A stretch of DNA of 64,000 bases from an uncultured Bacilli bacterium (GTDB lineage Bacteria > Bacillota_I > Bacilli_A > RF39 > UBA660): positions 288 to 64,287 of the forward strand of contig CANQGH010000001.1 in assembly GCA_947601845.1 (NCBI GenBank). Reading direction: 5' to 3'. Made by a program: the position numbers and the translations under genes. Positions 59,531-64,000 of this stretch are shown piece by piece. Numbering within the stretch: the stretch's first letter is position 1; every line of letters starts with the position of its first letter. Below the pieces are notes generated by a model that had not been told where the DNA came from, did not search any database, and saw nothing but the letters and a program-made list of their open reading frames with translations.

Positions 59531-59653
59531 AAAATTACGATTTTTTTATTTTCTTACTTTAATAAAACATATGGCAAATTTTGTATAATTGGTAGATTAA
59601 CAATTTAATTTATAGTATAATGATTTTATTCACAAAATAGGAAGGGATATAAC

Positions 59654-61195
59654 ATGCAAAGGACAAAGAAATGGTTTAGGGATTTATTTCGTAGGCGTGT
59701 CTTCATTACTTTATTAATTCTACTACAACTTATCTTAATTGCGTATCTTATTGTAAGTGGTAGTAAACGTGTTTTAGGAATTAATATTTTTTTAAATATT
59801 ATAAGTATTGTAGTAGCCTTGCATATTATTGCTAAAAAAGATAAAGGAGCATACAAATTAACTTGGGTTTTTATTATTTTAGTGTTTCCTTTATTCGGAG
59901 GCCTATTTTATTTACTATTTAAATTACAATCATCAACTAGGGCTTTCTCTAGAAAATTAAAAATAATTGAACGAAAGTCCAAAAAGTTATTTTTACTTTC
60001 TGGTGATTGCTATCAAGATTCATCATTTAAAAATAAAAAATATATTTCTGAGATTAACTATTTACAAAAATTTGCTAATTTTCCTGTATATAAACATACT
60101 GAAGCTACTTTCCTAAAAACCGGGGAGAGTGCTTATTATGCCTTATTAGATGAGTTAACAAAAGCGAAGAAGTATATCTTTTTAGAATACTTTATTATAA
60201 GCGAAGGACTTATGTGGGACAGTATTTTAGAAATACTAAAACAGAAAGTAAAACAGGGTGTAGAAGTTAGATTGATATATGATGATGTTGGTTGTTTCTT
60301 AAAATTGCCGAATAATTATGATAAAACTTTGCGTAAATACGGCATCAAGTGTCACATTTTTAATAAATTTAGACCTTTCTTAACAACGGTTCAAAATAAT
60401 AGAGATCATCGCAAAATAGCTATTATTGATGGTAAGGTGGCTTTTACTGGGGGATTTAATTTAGCTGATGAATATATTAATGCTTATCAACGCTTTGGAC
60501 ATTGGAAAGATGCTGGGATTATGGTTAAAGGTGAAGCTGCTTGGAGTTTTACTTTAATGTTTTTGCAGATATGGTCTATATGTAATAATGCTACTGAAGA
60601 CTATACCAAATATTATCCTTGGAAAGTAGAAAAATGTGATGTCATTAGTGATGGATATGTTCAACCTTATGCTGATAGTCCAATGGATAAAGAAAATATT
60701 GGGGAACATGTATATTTGCATATCATTAATAATGCCAAAAAATATTTATACATTAATACACCATATTTAATTATTGATGACAGTATGACTTCGGCTCTTA
60801 TGTTGGCTGCTAAAAGTGGGGTAGATGTAAGAATTGTTGTTCCTCATAAGGCGGATAAAAAGACGATTCATTTCACCACTAGGTCATATTATCGTGATTT
60901 AATCGCATCAGGTGTCAAAATATATGAATATTCAGCAGGGTTCATTCACTCTAAAACATTTGTTAGTGATGATGTTGTGGCTACTGTTGGTACTACTAAT
61001 TTAGATTTTAGAAGCTTGTATTTAAACTTTGAATGTGGAACTTGTTTATATGATGCTAGTTGTATTAAAAATATGAAGAAGGATTTTGAAGATAATTTGA
61101 AAATGTGTGAACAAATAACGTTAGAGGATTGTAGTGATAATATTGTTATTAAATTATTGCAAGATATATGTAGATTGTTCGCTCCACTTATGTAG
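59654..61195 (+). CDS. cls: Cardiolipin synthase (PLD superfamily, two HKD motifs).
   Basis: Two N-terminal TM helices. HKD motifs HRKIAIIDG and HSKTFVSDD. Confidence 0.85.
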   Translation: MQRTKKWFRDLFRRRVFITLLILLQLILIAYLIVSGSKRVLGINIFLNIISIVVALHIIAKKDKGAYKLTWVFIILVFPLFGGLFYLLFKLQSSTRAFSRKLKIIERKSKKLFLLSGDCYQDSSFKNKKYISEINYLQKFANFPVYKHTEATFLKTGESAYYALLDELTKAKKYIFLEYFIISEGLMWDSILEILKQKVKQGVEVRLIYDDVGCFLKLPNNYDKTLRKYGIKCHIFNKFRPFLTTVQNNRDHRKIAIIDGKVAFTGGFNLADEYINAYQRFGHWKDAGIMVKGEAAWSFTLMFLQIWSICNNATEDYTKYYPWKVEKCDVISDGYVQPYADSPMDKENIGEHVYLHIINNAKKYLYINTPYLIIDDSMTSALMLAAKSGVDVRIVVPHKADKKTIHFTTRSYYRDLIASGVKIYEYSAGFIHSKTFVSDDVVATVGTTNLDFRSLYLNFECGTCLYDASCIKNMKKDFEDNLKMCEQITLEDCSDNIVIKLLQDICRLFAPLM

Positions 61196-61218
61196 TAAAA
61201 TACTAAAGGAGGAAGAAA

Positions 61219-62931
61219 ATGGTTAACTTTGTAAAAGAAAAAAGTAACAATACCGATTATATAAATGCCCCTTGGAGAAAGTATTACAAAGAAGATTTTA
61301 AGAACATCAATTATTTCGAAGGTTCACTATATGAAAAAATATTAGATATTAGTAATAAATATCCCAATAATATTGCCTTAGAGTATTTTACAAAACATTA
61401 TACATATAAAGAGATGATTAATATTATTGATAAAATTGCTTTAAGTTTAGTTAGTTATGGGGTGAAGGAAAATGATTATGTAACTATATGTATGGCTAAT
61501 TGTCCCAAAGTGATTTGTGTTTTTTACGCCATTAACAAAATTGGTGCTATTGCTAATATTATTCATCCTTTATCTAGCATTAATGAAATAAAAAAATGTT
61601 TAAAGGCCACCAAATCTAATTTTATTTTTGTTAGTGATTTTATCTATAATAAAATAAGAAAATTTAAAGTGAGAAAAGTAGTTGTTATTCCTATTTCAGA
61701 AAGTATGAACTTGCTTACTAAAACATTATATAAGCTAACTACTAAGAAAAAGTATAAGGCAAATAATTTGGCAAAAAATGCTCTTTCTTGGAGTAAGTTT
61801 CTTAGTAGTTATAAAAAGATTCATTTAGATGTTTTTAAGCCGAGAAATAAAAATGATGATGCAGTTATATTGTATAGTGGAGGTACAACAGGTAATCCTA
61901 AAGGCGTAGTATTAACTAATCTTTGTTTAGATGCGATTAGTAAGCAGTGTGAGTTGATGGTAGATGACACAGTGCCTGGTAATAGTATTTTATCTTATTT
62001 ACCTATCTTTCATGGTTTTGGTTTAGCTATAGGTATTCACATGCCTTTATCACTAGGTATGAAATGTATTATAATTCCTAAAATAAATGTTAAGAAAATG
62101 AATAAAATTGTGGAAAAAACTAAACCTAATTTTTTGCCTGTCATACCATCTATTTTAGAAAGTATGGTAAAGGATAAAAGAGCAAGCAAAAAATCTTTAC
62201 AAAGTGTTTTATGTGTGTTATCATGCGGCGACTTTTTAAACTATGAATTAAAGAATAAGGTTGAAGAATATTTAAAATGCCATGGTGCTAAGGCTGTTAT
62301 TAGAGCTGTTTATGGCTTAACAGAATCTACAGCGGCTACTTGTGTTAGTTTAGTAGAAGACTATACCGAAGGAAGCATTGGTATACCTTCCCCAGATACC
62401 TTATATAAAATAGTTAAACCTAATACCACTATTACAGTTCCTATTGGTGACATTGGCGAAATATGTATTTCAGGCCCATCAGTTATGAAGGAATATTTAA
62501 ATAATCCTAGTGAAACTTATCGAACGATTCGGGTTCATGAAGATGGTAGGAAATGGCTTCATACTGGCGACTTGGGAAGAATGGATGATAATGGCATTTT
62601 CTATTTTGAAAGCCGACTAAAAAGATTAATTATTTCTAATGGCTGTAATATTTATCCTAACTATTTGGAAGATATATATAATAAACATCCTTTTATTGAA
62701 AATTCTGTAGTAATAGGAATTCCTGATGATATTAAAGGTCAAGTAGCTAAAGCCATTATTATGCTTAAAAAAAATATCAAATTAACTGATGCCGTTAAGA
62801 CAAATATTTTAGAATATGCGAACAACAATATTGCCAAATATGCTCTACCTAAAGAATATGAATATGTTGATAATATTCCTAAGACATCGTTGGGTACGGT
62901 TGATTATAAAAAGCTAGAGAATCATGAATAA
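61219..62931 (+). CDS. AMP-binding acyl-CoA synthetase / fatty-acid CoA ligase family.
   Basis: AMP-binding motif LYSGGTTGNPKGV and a C-terminal motif with the conserved Lys. Confidence 0.8.
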   Translation: MVNFVKEKSNNTDYINAPWRKYYKEDFKNINYFEGSLYEKILDISNKYPNNIALEYFTKHYTYKEMINIIDKIALSLVSYGVKENDYVTICMANCPKVICVFYAINKIGAIANIIHPLSSINEIKKCLKATKSNFIFVSDFIYNKIRKFKVRKVVVIPISESMNLLTKTLYKLTTKKKYKANNLAKNALSWSKFLSSYKKIHLDVFKPRNKNDDAVILYSGGTTGNPKGVVLTNLCLDAISKQCELMVDDTVPGNSILSYLPIFHGFGLAIGIHMPLSLGMKCIIIPKINVKKMNKIVEKTKPNFLPVIPSILESMVKDKRASKKSLQSVLCVLSCGDFLNYELKNKVEEYLKCHGAKAVIRAVYGLTESTAATCVSLVEDYTEGSIGIPSPDTLYKIVKPNTTITVPIGDIGEICISGPSVMKEYLNNPSETYRTIRVHEDGRKWLHTGDLGRMDDNGIFYFESRLKRLIISNGCNIYPNYLEDIYNKHPFIENSVVIGIPDDIKGQVAKAIIMLKKNIKLTDAVKTNILEYANNNIAKYALPKEYEYVDNIPKTSLGTVDYKKLENHE

Positions 62932-62984
62932 TGATTCTTTTATTTTGGTCTTTTATTGTGGACTAAATTTAATAACTTTCATAA

Positions 62985-63680
<696 letters not shown>

Positions 63681-63706
63681 TAACTATTAAGAAAGGAAAG
63701 GTAAAT

Positions 63707-63805
63707 ATGCCAAGCGGATATAGATTAGATTTTGTAATACCACAAGGTGCAACCGGACCAATTGGACCTCAAGGAATAGAGGGACCAACTGGAGCAACCT
63801 GTTGA
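63707..63805 (+). pseudogene. Truncated collagen-like cassette ([32 protein letters not shown]-stop). It has its own RBS but only 6 triplets and no tail module.
   Basis: DNA that is near-identical to the internal head at 63202-63236. There is a premature stop after 32 codons. Confidence 0.45.
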
Positions 63806-64000
63806 TTGTATAAATCTTCTAAATGATCTTAAGTTTAATTTTGATTTTTTAAATTGTTAATTTTATGAATTTAAGTTAATTGTTAATTTTTTATTTTTGT
63901 GATATTATATCATTAATTTTGGATTATTACGTTAAGTAAATTTGATAAAAATATAAAGTATTAGTAAAATCTCAATTTTTTTTCTAAATGCGACCCTGAA

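Overview
This 64 kb window is a very AT-rich (roughly 25-30% GC by eye) chromosomal segment from a low-GC Firmicute. It looks like a Clostridia-type endospore former: a spoIIAA-sigF-like operon with Spo0A boxes sits directly upstream of spoVAC-spoVAD-spoVAEb, and there are BclA-like collagen-like genes. Most of the window is housekeeping. Recognisable genes include fhs, pyk, prs-like, feoAB under a DtxR-family regulator, an ABC-F ATPase, rmuC, sufCDSUB, ssb, asnB behind a T-box leader, scpAB, tRNA-Leu(CAA), cls and an acyl-CoA ligase. Accessory or unusual content is interspersed. (1) A consensus sigma-A promoter with an overlapping perfect palindrome drives a 61-nt tRNA-like element (T-arm plus acceptor-like stem but no D-arm) just upstream of a small transglutaminase-like (Cys/His) ORF. 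(2) A thioester-domain (TQxA) adhesin with CnaB-type repeats has its own sortase. (3) A co-oriented set of an ECF-type sigma and modular collagen-like / BclA-C-terminal-domain cassettes lies near position 7000; a second copy with fused modules and a truncated third cassette sits at the right edge of the window. The cassettes are delimited by conserved RLDF(V/T)IP(Q/R)G head and IGTVTTGxPGxxASVTITP tail motifs. (4) An intact IS1595-family insertion has a 10-bp target duplication and a hairpin that sequesters the transposase ribosome-binding site (RBS). Just downstream, a G10 homopolymer in a promoter spacer is a candidate phase-variation switch. (5) A three-part Gtr-type surface-glycosylation module has the GtrA-like flippase fused to a polytopic GT-C-type glycosyltransferase. 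(6) The sporulation sigma operon lacks spoIIAB, and its sigma lacks the N-terminal region present in B. subtilis sigma-F. (7) A small islet after tRNA-Leu carries a SAM methyltransferase and a short dGTPase/SAMHD1-like HD protein. I saw no CRISPR array, reverse transcriptase, restriction-modification system or integrase. All calls rest on motif-level reading of the supplied six-frame translations and on manual inspection of the DNA. No database search was run.
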